DNA of 63,276 nt, counting the filler, from Diploschistes diacapsis (taxonomy: Eukaryota), in the NCBI GenBank assembly GCA_023645945.1. It is 5 parts of 5 records of this genome, joined end to end, with 100 filler letters (N's around TTAATTAATTAA, not from the genome) between each part and the next. Parts side by side here need not be neighbours in the genome. Positions count along the whole stretch, not along the records: positions 12,690 to 25,266 come from JALAIB010000724.1; positions 25,367 to 37,942 come from JALAIB010000725.1; 3 more parts are not named here. One strand, given 5' to 3'. How positions within the stretch are numbered: position 1 is the first letter of the stretch; each line of letters begins with the position of its first letter. Shown piece by piece: positions 23,852-36,319 of the stretch. The notes below the pieces were generated by a model. The model was not told the origin of the DNA, did not search any database, and was given only the letters and a program-made list of their open reading frames with translations. The position numbers were made by a program, and so were the translations under genes.

Positions 23852-25095
23852 ATGGCTGGTCACATGGCGCAACAGGGTGATTCTCGTGATTATCGGCTTC
23901 CGCCCATGGGCGTATCAGTTTCGAATCCCTACCTTTACTTCAAGAATGAAGACTGCATTTCTGCTACCTTTTCACATCTCGATAAAAGTGATCTACGATC
24001 AGCCATCATAGAGGGTTTCAACCTCCCTGGAAATGATTCTTACACTTACCACGCAATAGCAAGCGTGACCTTAAACCAAGTGCAGGCCACGATCGAAGCG
24101 GGAACGGCTCATGGACTCTGTGACTGGTACCTGAACGAAGAAGGGAGATCGGTATTATTGCCATACCTTTGAAGCAACCCCATAAACTGTTGATGACGAT
24201 ATCTCAGCTTGGTCATCCACCTTCAGCAGACATTACGGCCTATACCACAATCTTCTTACCCAAGACCGCGTCTCCCGCCAATGCTTTGAAGTCATTGTCC
24301 TCCAATGCAAAGAAAGGCTCCATGCGCTCATCTATTGCCTCAAATCTCCTTGCCAAGCGCTATGTCTTGGTAGACTTCCCACTTGTTCCTAAACTCTCAA
24401 AGGCAGCATCTAAAAAGTCTCTCTTTAATCCGTATCTGGACTTTTGGACCTGGTCTTGCCAAGCTTTGCACTGGGGCGGGCCCTTGGAAGCGACGGCGAA
24501 TGTGAAAACGAGCCATGCTGTGCTGCCGATCTTTATGCATCATTTCGGATGCGTCGTGCCAAGTCGTGAGGCGCTGGAGATCATCCGTCTCGTGGCATCG
24601 GACGGGACTGAGGGGAAGGCGCCGCTCCGGACCGTCCTAGACATAGGCTCAGGAAATGGTTACTGGACATACATGCTACGTGCAGTGGGCCTAAATGTTG
24701 TGCCTATCGACAACCAACAATCTACATTCCGATGCAATTGGGTCAAAGACACTGTGTTGACGGACGGCGTTGCTTTCTTGAAGTCAAGAAAAGGTGCCTC
24801 AGAGGACGTGTTGCTCCTAGTATATCCAGTAGTGGGAGGAGACTTTTTCAACAAGATGTTGGAAGCGTATAAAGGGGATAGAGTGGTTGTTGCGGGAACA
24901 CAGTGTCAAAATGGGTATACCGGATTCGCGGATAAGACCATTGATATGTGGATAGAGGAGGAAAAGCCGGAATGGACATTGGAAGTGAGAATCCCGCTCC
25001 CGAGCTTCGCTGGTAAGGACGAAGCGTTGTTTGTCTTCAAAAAAGGACCGCCTACCGGAGGGGGTACTACTTCTAAAGGGAAGAAGCAACACTAG
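23852..25095 (+). CDS. Conserved fungal protein with class I SAM-binding-like motif
   Basis: Two ORFs joined by intron 24152-24207. Motifs HHFGCVVPS, VLDIGSGNGYW (GxGxG), LLLVYP, IPLPSFAGKDEALFVF. Confidence 0.75.
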
Positions 25096-25266
25096 TGGCA
25101 AAACACTAATTGCTTCGATATGTGACTGGTCTGTGATAGAATTAACTGTCATGCGATATAGGAATCACTCATTCCCTCGTCACTGTAAACCGCAACCTAC
25201 TAGCTCCCACCCACTCCTGCTTACCATGCGGCCCCCTCTCTTCCCCCAGCGCATCCGCCGGTTGCC

Positions 25267-25366
25267 NNNNNNNNNNNNNNNNNNNNNNNNNNNNNNNNNN
25301 NNNNNNNNNNTTAATTAATTAANNNNNNNNNNNNNNNNNNNNNNNNNNNNNNNNNNNNNNNNNNNN
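25267..25366. other. Artificial contig linker
   Basis: N44-TTAATTAATTAA-N44. Confidence 0.98.
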
Positions 25367-27701
25367 GGGCGAAGGCGGGGGTTGGGGGGCCTTGTTTGGA
25401 CGAAGAGGTGGTGAAAGCAGAGGTCGAGGTGGAGGCGCCGTTGACGATTTCCGAGTCCAGCACGAAGAACTCGAGATAGCCGCCCGGCTTGAGCACGCGC
25501 ATGCACTCGCGCAGGCAGAGGTCGTACTCGTCCGCGTCGGTGCCCAGGGGCTTCGAGGTGCGCAGGAAAGTCGGCAGCGAGCGCGCGGAGACGGCGTCGA
25601 AGTGGTTGGCTGGGAATGGTAGGGTCCAGAGATTGTCGACGGTGCAGAGCCGGTGGTTGGAGGGCCCCCGGATGGTGTCGTTGATCGGCAAGCAGGTGGC
25701 GCTGTAGGTCTTGACGTTGGGGAAGTCGCGTGCGCAGTGCCAGGCCCAGTCGCATTGGGGCTGGCCGCCGAGATCGAGGACGCGGACGTGGTCCGGGAGC
25801 GTGGCGGTTTCGAGCGGGGAGGCGTGGCTGAGGACCGAGGCGACGGGGCTGTTGAAGAGGCGGCCGCCCGAGAGGAAGCGCAGGGCCTCGACGACCCACA
25901 TGGCTGGCGCGACTTGCTCGAGAGCTTGGCGTTCGCGCTCGACACGGGCGATTAGCCGCTGCTCCAGGGTTTCCTCATCTTCCTCTTCTTTGCCTTTGCC
26001 TGGCATCAGCGAGATGGGACGTTGGGGATTTGGGCGGTAAGCTGCGGAGGTCTCGTATCGACCGAGAAGGGTTTCGACATGGCTGATCTGGAAGCTGGTT
26101 CGCTTCGCCTGGATGGCATCGAATCTCGAGTGCCTGTGGATGAATGAATCTGTGGGAGACGACGCGTTTGACATGTGCTGGAAAGCGTGGTAGAACAGGG
26201 GATCAGACTTGGTTGGCGAAGACTTGTCTGAGAGCTCGGCCGCTTTCGCAACGTCGCTCTCAAGGAACTTCGCTGCCCGCTTTAAGCCAGACTCGTACGA
26301 GTCACTGCCGTAAGTGAGTTTGTCCGCAGTCTCCGACTCTGCTGAGTTGTTGGCCGGGTTGGTTTCGCGAAGAGCAGACATGTAGGAGTTCTGAGCAGCG
26401 AGCCAGTTGGTAGTCCTGTCAAAGATGTTCGCAGTTGAGAAGTTTAGCTCCTTTTCGAGAATCTCAAGGACTTCAACGCTCCTGAATTCGGTGTTACTTG
26501 ATATACCACGGGCTGAGATTGCACGATCACGCTCTGCTTGTGCTGTGGCTGACGGACTGAACGGAAAGAAAACTGCTGTCTGGGGTCCCTCAGTGTTCGA
26601 CTCACAGATGCTAACCACTTGCTCGATGATTGCCGATTGTGAATTGTTCCATGGTGCGTTGTAGAAGTGTTCAGCTGTGGTCGACGACGGAGGAATATCG
26701 CCATTCGATGGTGGAGTAACGTTAAGACTGAACCATGCTTGTTGTGCATCATCATCTAACGACGAGAAGAATCCCCCGGGAGATGGGATGCTGAGTTGCG
26801 CAATGCTGTACTCTGAAGCAGCAGATTTCGGCTCGAATTCCGTACTCGGACTCCGCTGCAGCTTGAACGGAACCTCCTGCATCTCCTCCTGCGCGTCGCT
26901 CGGTACAGCAGACGGGGGCTCGAAACTCGTGTCTAGCGATAGATGCTGCAGGATATCAAGAGCATCTGCCGGTAGTCTAATACCAGAATCCCGTTGAAGT
27001 ACTGCTTCAGAAATCTCAATTATCGCTTCTGTATCCTCCAACGCCAAATCGGACATTGATCTCACTACGTGCAGCTGGTTCCAATTCTTCACGTTCTCAG
27101 GCTGGTTAAACTCGCTGGGCGTTGGGGGAGCCGATACACAGGCGACTTGATCGGAAGTAAGGCTACCATCAAGCGAAGGCGGAGCACTTGATAACGAGGC
27201 ATTTGTGTTCAGCTTAGAAAGAACCTCTGGTGAAATGGGTATCTTTGCTGGGGGTGTTGGCGGAACAGCCAGATCTTTTCTAAACTGCTCGATCGTCGGC
27301 CAGAGGCGCGGGCTTGGTATGACCAGAGATGGATATCGGTTCTTTCGGCGTCCATTCCAGGAGTTCCTTTTTATCGAACAGTCAGAATCTCCACTTGCTC
27401 TCCTCCCATTGATCTCGGGAATCTCGATCGAGTCCTGGTCGGATTCGTCTTCGGAAACATCGTATAAATCGTCAAAATCCCGTGACAGTCTGCTTTTTCG
27501 ATAGTAAGAGGAAATCGTCGATGCTGACGACGGAATGGGCGAAGCAGGTGGGTTCAACCGACTTGACGGACTTCTTGACCTTCCTCGCTCCCCGTGATCT
27601 TCTTGTACGGAATACTCATCTTCTATTATAGTATTAAGTTTGAGCTGGACCTGCCGGCTCGGGATCTCGTATGTAGCTGCGGGTAAAGTAAAGCCCTCCA
27701 T
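25367..27701 (-). CDS. Ser/Pro-rich protein with C-terminal methyltransferase (type 11-like) domain; 3' end truncated at contig edge
   Basis: Long ORF with RVLDLGG...DWAWHCA, LWTLPFPANHFDAVSARSL, CLRECMRVLKPGGYLEF; runs into the linker. Confidence 0.8.
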
Positions 27702-28687
27702 TTTTTTAATGCGAATATAATCTACAACAGCGGTCCGATCAACGGACGCTTGAAGATGAAAGAAAGACTAGAATCAGGTAGATACAAAAAGCAGCAAAGC
27801 AGAACCACGACCACAATAGAAGAAGCAAGCACCTGACGACAGAAAAGAGGCCCAAGGGCCGTGAAGATCATATACTACCTTGGAGAACATAGCAAAGGTC
27901 CACTAGAAACCGGCCTCGGCGGCTGCAGAACTTGCCAAAGATAATCAACTCCACGAACTGCCCCAAAGAAGAGCATATGAGTGGGTATTGAGCTTCAAGA
28001 CCAATGAAGGGGAGAGAAGGAGAAGAAGCAGAGAAGAAACTGGGAGTGCTCCCGCCCGTGATTGGGTCTTGGCATATCGAAGCGCCCGCCAAACCCGGTT
28101 CGCCCACCACCACTTCCCCACCACTTCTCCAGCGCCAAACAGAACTTCAAAAACTTTCCTACAACGTACCAGCCTGTTTCGCTTGGCCTGACTTGCAGAG
28201 CACACCAGTCCCTGATAGGATCAAGCTGCTTACGCTGCAGCTTAGTCGACGCTGGCTGCACGCACGGTTGACGTGGAGCTTTAGCAGGAGCCTGCAACGC
28301 TGATAGTAGCACACTAGGCAAGTCGAGGTTTAAGAGCCGCTGAAAAGGTTGTCGCGTTATTGGTTTATTAACTTTCCCATGAAAGCTGTATTGGCTTTCC
28401 ATCATTTGTAGGAAAGTCAATAGCGCTTGGCCGCTGGAAGAGCTTTGGATGCCGAGCCATTGAGCTACTTCAATCGACAACAGAGGAGAAGCTGTACTAG
28501 CATTGATACTATCGCAGACCTTGAAACGGATTACTGGACACAAGGTGGGTTGAATTTAGACCTTCCCTTCAGACATCTCTACTTCCGGATGTACGATATA
28601 TCTTACAATAGAACCTTTTGCTGCTTCACATTCTTTCCCTTACTTCGGAATGGAAAGGTTCGATCATGCTGAACCCATTCATCTCAG

Positions 28688-29698
28688 ATGTCTCCTTCAG
28701 CCATTATTGCACCTTCTATCCTCTCTGCAGACTTCGGCTCCCTAGGCGCTGCATGTTCGGACACAATAGAGTATGGCGCTGATTGGCTACATGTCGATAT
28801 TGTATGTGCCCTGCTCTTCGAACATGCTGAACAAGACTGCCGGAAGAGGTGGGCTCCTGACACGGACTGGCACAGATGGACGGCCACTTCGTCCCAAATA
28901 TGACTTTTGGCGCGCCCGTGGTGACAAAAATTCGGCCGCATGTAGACCGACCATCGCGTTCCAAAGGCCGGGGTACTTTTGACTGCCATATGATGGTTGC
29001 AGAGGTAAGCCCAAGCATAAGCACGTCCTAAATAACCAGATCAGCACTGCGCGGTACGCGGAGGCAATTCAATATAAGCAAGCCTTCAGCGCCAACATAT
29101 CTTTCTTAGTAATTTCACTACCCTCCATCAATCCGAGGCATTATGCATTGAAGCACACTTATGGGCCTTTTCTAACCGAATTTCTCTCTAGCCCAAGAAA
29201 TGGGTTCAAGACTTTCAAAAGGCTGGCTGTGATCTCTATACCTTCCACTACGAAGCCGCCTTTAGCACCGCCTCCACCGCGCCCTCCGAAAGCTCTGAAG
29301 CTAAGACGTCCCCCGCAGAACTAATTAGCTACATCCATAGCACCGGCATGCTGGCCGGCATCGCCCTCAAACCCGCCACTCCCGTCGACGTTCTCTGGCC
29401 CCTCCTCTCTGCAGCTGACGCTGACGAGAAACCAGACATGGTGCTCATCATGACGGTCGAGCCAGGCTTCGGTGGGCAGAAGTTTATGAGTAGCGAGCTG
29501 CCAAAGGTGAAGGCACTGAGGGAGAAGTATCCAGAGCTGGATATCGAGGTTGATGGGGGTTTGGCCGAGGGGACAGTGGATCAGGCGGCAGAGGCTGGTG
29601 CGAACGTTATCGTGGCTGGGAGCGCAGTGTTTGGCGCAAGTGATCCCAAGCAGGTGATTGGGAAATTGAGGGAGGCGGTAGAGAAGAGGAAAAGGTGA
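28688..29698 (+). CDS. RPE1: Ribulose-phosphate 3-epimerase
   Basis: [62 protein letters not shown]. Exons 28688-28801, 28876-29004, 29192-29698. Confidence 0.96.
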
Positions 29699-30257
29699 GA
29701 TCATGGGATTGTCAAATAGCAGTCTTGCAAGAAGGAAAGGACTCGGAGATGAGAAACGAGACCAACGACTTTGAGGGAAATGCATACAAGCAACTGAAAA
29801 GGCCACGAGAAGAACGCACAACTTCATACTGTCTCTGTAACGAAGTCCAGTCTATTCACGTTCTCTAATCCAGCTTTGTCGCCATGAGGCCAAGAAAGTA
29901 GAATCTACAGCTGAACTCGCCCCCATCTCTCCCCTCAGTTTACCTTTCACTATCACCGTTAACCTAGAGCGTCCTCGCAGTAGCCACTCTGGGCTCCTCT
30001 TGCTCCTCTGGTGCGACAAGCTCGCAAAATGTCTCGCACACAAGAAAAAAAGAATGAAATCCATCCATACAACATCGTCAATGTTGAGCTGGTACTGCTG
30101 AAGCCCCTTCCCCATACAGTTTCTCCCTGATACCCCTTACAGTTTCAAGGAGCTCTACCTAACGAAGAAGCAGCTGCCATTGTATTCTTTTCTCAACTTG
30201 GCGCGTCCATGGTCCCAGCAATATCTATTAAAGACAATGAGCCAAATACCGCAAAGA

Positions 30258-30563
30258 TCGATCGCAATAGCCGTTAGCCAAAGCGTTTTCACCAACAGTC
30301 TCCTAGACGAGGTACCCCCCGGTTCACGGACGCCGTACCAGCTCAGGCTGTTATCAATAGCGGCGCGACCGGTTTACAAAAGCTGGCGAATCCTCAAAGC
30401 GTACTTAGGTTGCTCAGAGAAGCATACGCTGTGGCTGTGCAACATGTACTGTGTGTATCGCTAGGAGGTGTATGCATAGCCGTAGCCTTTGCGCTTGGGA
30501 ATGGAATGGCTCAATGTGAAGAAGACAGCTGCAAAGCAGAAGCACAGACGAACATTGAGATAG
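30258..30563 (+). pseudogene. Frameshifted C-terminal remnant of a DHA2-type MFS drug/toxin efflux transporter
   Basis: Manual translation SIAIAVSQSVFTNSLLDEVP/RFTDAVPAQAVINSGATGLQKLA...LREAYAVAVQHVLCVSLGGVCIAVAFALG/MEWLNVKK, with frameshifts at the C-run 30315-30320 and at 30500. Confidence 0.7.
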
Positions 30564-30930
30564 CACCATCATCGACAGTAGCCCAAGGATGAACTCAAGA
30601 GACGCTAGGATTGTTGCAGCTATAAGTGCTAGCTTGTCGGTAATGCAGGTTCTAAGTCCAAAGCTTCAAGGCTATGGTCAGGTAGACAAACCTGACCGCC
30701 CATTGTAACTTGGACATATAGATATCCATCAAGCTACGTGAGCTCACGAATTGTATTCTAAATAAAACTTAGACCATTTGGGAAAGTTACTATAGTGCAG
30801 CCACTCTTTTGCTAAAACGGCTTTATGTTTTCAGTTACGTCATCCGGTATTCATTTTATTTGTTCTTGAGACGCCGGAATCGGTCTCATTCTTTCAGAAT
30901 AAGACTTGGAGCTCTGCTTGTTATTGATCA

Positions 30931-32320
30931 ATGGCGGACTCTACGCCCAAATCGTATTCTTCGGACCCTACGCTCTGGCTCTACACGTCTTTATCTTCGG
31001 GCTCCTCACAGATTGTCACAGCTACTTCCCGCCTCGAGACCATCCTGAAAGCCAACAAAATTCAATTCAAGGCGCTGGATGTTGCTACAGATGAAAAAGC
31101 GCGCATGCTATGGGGTCGAAGGGCAGGGAAGCGGAAGCTGCCAGGATTGGTTAGAATGGGGATGGTGATCGGCGTGCGTCTTGTGGCTCGCACACTGGAG
31201 TCAGTGGCTTACAGTCATGTAGGACATCGAAGAAGTGGAGGAGTGGAATGAATACGGAGAACTGAAAGAGCAATTGGGCTCCGTAGCACCAGCAGCAAGC
31301 ACGCCGTTACAATCTACCTCAAATACACCTTCAAAGCCTCCCACAACCACATCCGCACCATCCTCTACATCAACGCCGTCCAAGGCTGCTCCTACAGTAT
31401 TATTCGCAGAGAATACCCCTCCCAAGCCGAGTCAATCAGGCGACGTAAGGTCGAGGCCCGCAACGGGCCGAGTAGAGACATCGTTCTCCCTTGCCATGCG
31501 CCAGGCTGGAAAAGAGGCGGCAGAAAGAGCTAAGCTGAAACCGAAGTCAACCGGAATAAAGAATTCGGCTACTCCGGTGGCAGATCTCTCAAAGTTGGAT
31601 AATTCCGCGCCGACTGGCCTTCCACCACCTTCAGGAGTTACTGAGGCTGCTTCTGCAAAGTCGGTGGAAACTGGCTCAGCCGACGCAGTCTCGAAAGCTG
31701 ATGATGTACCTATGACCTCTGCAAATGAAGTTACTACAGACTCGTCAAACCTCAACACAGAACCAGAAGCCCCGAAAAAATCAACAGCTACCCCAGCGCA
31801 TGACAGCTTGTCAGAAAATGCGCAACCGATAGCATCTACAGACAGCCTAGCCACTTCCACATCAGGGACACCTGATGTGAAGCCCGCGAAGGGGGTCTCG
31901 AAACATCGCAGCTCAAGTATAACCGCCGCAAGCAAAGACGAGATCAAAGACGTTGAAGAATCCACCAAGATAGAGGAAGAGCCTGAGGAAGAGGAAAAAG
32001 CAATGCAAGAAACGGAGAATGCTACAAACCCCGAGAGTTCAGGGTCTGTGCAGCAGGCTCCAAGTAACGACGCTACTCCAGATCTGAATCAGTATGTGCA
32101 ATCTGCTGAGGAAGGAAGAGCGGAAGTGCTTGACCAAGTCAAGACAGATTTAGCACAAGAGCCAAACTCCACCGAAGCAGAAACTACAGACGGTAGCACA
32201 ACGGAGAAGCACATAGCGAACCAAAAAGCCCAGAAGGTATATCAAGATAATGTTGGCGCAAAACCACAAAACCAAAGTCCTACAGACCCAGAAAAGGCAG
32301 GTGAAAGCGTTGCTGATTGA
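30931..32320 (+). CDS. SH3BGR-like/thioredoxin-fold protein with long acidic low-complexity tail
   Basis: DPTLWLYTSLSSGSS..TATSRLETILKANKI.F...DVATDEKARMLWGRR...LPGLV...G|DIEEVEEWNEYGEL; intron 31174-31222. Confidence 0.8.
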
Positions 32321-32971
32321 CGTATGAGCTTAAGTAGAAGTGAGTTTGGTGGTCGCAACCTAGCCTTGGTCTAGCCATTGCGTATTGAGCCAAGCTAAGG
32401 GCTTGCAAATATTTGCTGTACCTGAAGCTTTTGAGCAAGCATGAGAAATCTTTTGAAGAATACTTGCTTAGATCCTGTTGTTAGCAATGTGCCAAATGCA
32501 GGCGTGTTTTGGAGGCTTGCTGTCCTAGGCAAACTCCCTTGTTGTGCAGCACATTATCAAACTAACAAGCCTCAATGGGAAGTCAATCAGACTTTTTCAA
32601 GCCCTGGTGCCATAATACCTCTAGATGTGAATTATTTAACCCAACGATGCCTCTCGATAACGCACCACTCCTGACTCCTGAAGTGGCTGGATTCAGTGCC
32701 GTATATAGCCGCCTATAGCCTTCGCTGTCCTAAAGTCATGAGACACGTGATCATGCCACTACCGTGGGACCTCCCAATATATATCGCGCTTGTACACGAC
32801 GTCGAGACTCCCGTTCACAAAGTCTGATTAGCACCTGCTCTCATCTAGCCCACTGCGGTCGAAAATCTGCATCAAATACTTCGTATACATGTTGCTGAAC
32901 GACATTTGCTTTCTGGTTCGATATGAGACTGGGGTTGTTCTTTGTTCATGGTCGAAACATTTGGATAAAGG

Positions 32972-34558
32972 ATGACAGATAGTCGAGCAGATTCCGTCGA
33001 GATACTCGTACATATCTCAGCATCTTGCAAGACTTCCGACGACAAGAGATATCGGAAGGAAGCAAAGTCTATACTCCGCTGCTTTTACTCTCCTGACCGT
33101 GGCCACCATCGACCTCAGCCCAAGACACAAGCTGAAGTTCCTGCCACCCAAGGGGTGTATTGTACCGGAGACCATCGTTTGGGCCCCAATGCCCAAGAAG
33201 AAGGTCTAGCCAAACACTCTCAAATCACTGAGAAGAGTCAACCCAGCAGTCTCTCCTCTGGCGTTGCTTTTGGCGAAGTACCCAGGGTTCAAGTACTCGA
33301 GACACCGCTTGCACCGTTAGCACATGGCCATGTGACACTTCATCAAGGACTCGGAGCACCACCAAATGAGAGATCCTCTTTTGCGGTAAGGGAGACACCT
33401 GTTGTAGTCGTTGCTCGTACGCCGCATACTGAAAATATGAGTCACCGAACAACCGACGACCGTACTGCTGCTGCAGTGCCAGAAGATATCCTCACCAAGC
33501 CAGTCGTACCCAGCAGCCCAAAGACGCCTCCAAGCACGGTCCCGGAATCTGCATCACTTTACTCAAGATCTCCGGAATTCTCCCGAAAGAGGAAATTTCC
33601 CACGCAGAATTCGCCCTCGCAGCCTCCCGAGGAGAACGGAATCACAACCCCGAAGAGACCTCGTATAGAGGAATCTTTGCCGCACTGGCTAAATGAGCCC
33701 AATTCGAGCCCTTCTCTTAGAAAGCGATCGCCATTGAAGATTGTCTCGACAAGGAACTCATCGTCAAACTACCAGAGAGCGGCGGCCCGTGAACGACATT
33801 CTATTGAAGGAAAGCCTTCGGCTTCTATAAATGAAAAGCAAGCAAATCTGCTGAAAGCACCTTCAAAACGCAATGTGAATGACGGAAGCAAGCAGCAAAT
33901 CGAGCATGTACCTGAACCTACACAGTTATCTTTGCGAAAGTCCTCACCGTCAAAAGGCCAAGCCCTAGAGCCAAACCATGTAGTAACCGAAGCCACAGCT
34001 TCGGTAATATCTCGAGCGCTCCATGCACCACTGCCAGACACGGACGAGGCTGATTTCACAACGCACAAAGTAAAACTGCTGGCAAGCGCCTCGAACAACC
34101 AGTCTATTGCCAGTCACTACCGTCCCTTGGAGGTGCGAAGAGATATCGAACTATTGGAGCGCGGATATTGGCGATTTCCGATCCCAGATTCCTGGTCAGA
34201 TGAAGCTCGCGACAAGTTCAAAGAATACGTCGAGCAGTTCGTTACAGAAGGTAGGGCCGGATGGGGCACTTGGGTTGAGCAGGTCATGGTGAAGAAGGTT
34301 GCAACGCAATTCGAGAGCCCGGAGTTTGAATGGGTCGAAACGTGGCAGGGCGCAGTGAGGGTGAGGAACACCGCGTTGAACTCAGGGGTTGGCTCCGGAG
34401 AGAAAGAGCAGCAGCAGTGCGAGCTTAGGTTTTGGTGCTGGGGTGAAGTAGTGAAGGAAGTATGGCTCGCAATATATCTTGGTGGGCACCGATATATGAG
34501 AGGCTTAGGGATGACATGGGTGGACAGTGTAGGCGAAGTGGTCGTTAGAATGGAATGA
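32972..34558 (+). CDS. Hypothetical protein: disordered S/P-rich middle, Trp-rich C-terminal domain
   Basis: 528-aa ORF with N-terminal EILVHISA...DD.RYR and C-terminal LERGYW...GRAGWGTW...CWGEVV.EVWLAIY...WVDS.GEVVVRM. Confidence 0.75.
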   Translation: MTDSRADSVEILVHISASCKTSDDKRYRKEAKSILRCFYSPDRGHHRPQPKTQAEVPATQGVYCTGDHRLGPNAQEEGLAKHSQITEKSQPSSLSSGVAFGEVPRVQVLETPLAPLAHGHVTLHQGLGAPPNERSSFAVRETPVVVVARTPHTENMSHRTTDDRTAAAVPEDILTKPVVPSSPKTPPSTVPESASLYSRSPEFSRKRKFPTQNSPSQPPEENGITTPKRPRIEESLPHWLNEPNSSPSLRKRSPLKIVSTRNSSSNYQRAAARERHSIEGKPSASINEKQANLLKAPSKRNVNDGSKQQIEHVPEPTQLSLRKSSPSKGQALEPNHVVTEATASVISRALHAPLPDTDEADFTTHKVKLLASASNNQSIASHYRPLEVRRDIELLERGYWRFPIPDSWSDEARDKFKEYVEQFVTEGRAGWGTWVEQVMVKKVATQFESPEFEWVETWQGAVRVRNTALNSGVGSGEKEQQQCELRFWCWGEVVKEVWLAIYLGGHRYMRGLGMTWVDSVGEVVVRME

Positions 34559-36319
34559 AGGTGATCCAGGTCCTCAATAGGATTCTTGAGCATATTTGTG
34601 ACTGATATCTAGCGGTCCCGCGGTATATGGTTACTTGAGCTTGTTGGGTGGAATTCAGGTTATGATTTTGCTTTTGAAGTTTGGACTGCCGTGATACCCC
34701 TAAAGTTACAGCCTTTTCTTGTTCATTTAGGAGGTATTCCAAGCAAAGCGATTGACTTACTACGCAGGCGAGCGGGAAGGCTAACAGTGATTACAACCTC
34801 AACCCCTGACGTCCACTGTCATTTTCATCATGCCGAAATGTGCCGCAGTCCACATCGTCTTGGAATGCCACGGATTGTTTCTCTTTCTTAGGACACCACA
34901 AATTGTGGAGACATCGTATTCATTCTTTTCGTAGCATGTCCCTGGCTCTTCACTGCTCGATTATGTATCGACCTGTCTGCGGGCGTTTGTTGTAAGTTTG
35001 GTAAAATACCTGTGAGGCCTTTGGTCAGGGACAATTCCGTTTATCATCGCTTTGCATCTACGTTAAAGCTTCTTGTCTTTGCTATCTCGGCGTAGAGTCC
35101 GTGGTACCCAACATAGCCTGCGGTCTTCGAAGTCTCTCCTTGATTCGTGGTTATGACCGCGGCCTCTAAGATACGAGCGCTAAGATGCGCTGCCTTTCTA
35201 TCTGTTTGTGACTTCATGATCTTTTGCACCGCACGCGAGCATCCATCTTTTGTCGATCATGCACACCTTTTGACGTTACAGCTACACTGGCCTTTCTTTT
35301 CTTTTGGTGTGGCCTATCGTTTCGTTTGAACATTTGTTCCTCTAACCCGGAATCAGCCTACTTACTTCTTAGTATCACAATACTGATACCAAAGGTGACC
35401 GGTCAATCTACTCGTTGCTTAAAACATGGTTCCTGAGGGGCATATTTATCCCATCCCCCAAGAGCCATGTGTAAGCGTGGAACAGATCACAGCCCCAAGG
35501 TTGACTTCACTCGAATGGACCGTGACGACAGGCGCTGGCATCACCATGATTCTCTCAATGCCACATGTTCCGAGTATTCAGTCTCGTTGGATCGCGACCG
35601 TCTAAGCTTCAAATTGACGGATCATGTCGTTCGATCGAGCTGGATAGGAAATACAGCCACAAGAAATTAGTCTTTGGTTTCGATATAAATATCACCAAGG
35701 GGTGTTAAATGTCCGCGGATAATGACCAATATGTCTGCATGGGGAATGTCCACAGACTTTGGACACCCCATGGTGATATAGAACTTTTTGCTAGGAAAGG
35801 TATGGAGTTTTTATACAATCTCGTTGTCTGGCGGAGTGCTCCGCATCTTGATCGAGTTGTCAAAAGCTCCCAGCTGTGGTGCCGATGTTTTGGATCAATC
35901 TGCTTTACAATCAACCATTAACGTTCATCAAGACGTTTCCCATACACTCTCCACCCAAATTCAACCAACATGCTGTTCCATAATACTTAACCCTCTTGTC
36001 AGCAGAAGTTTTACACTCGGCGAACAACGATTGGGATGGCAGAAAAAATAAAATTTCCTGCCAGTTGTTACCGCGTCACTATCACGTTACGTTCCTTCTC
36101 CCATCATCATAAATAGTGAAACGCTGCTAATATCGAAATTCACCATCATTTGCAGCAGGTAGGCAAGCACACTTGGCAGTAGAATAGAATCATTGCTAAC
36201 GATGCCATAAAAAGTATTGAAATATTCCTCGCGTCTGAGACGAAGACATATCGGTGGTCTTGGGGGTAAGTGGAAAGCCATGATTATAGGCCCCCACGCG
36301 GAACTAACATTGGATTCAG

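Noticed and set aside
34600..36260. Short ORFs upstream of the membrane-protein pseudogene
   Set aside because: May be decayed upstream exons, but I could not build a consistent model.
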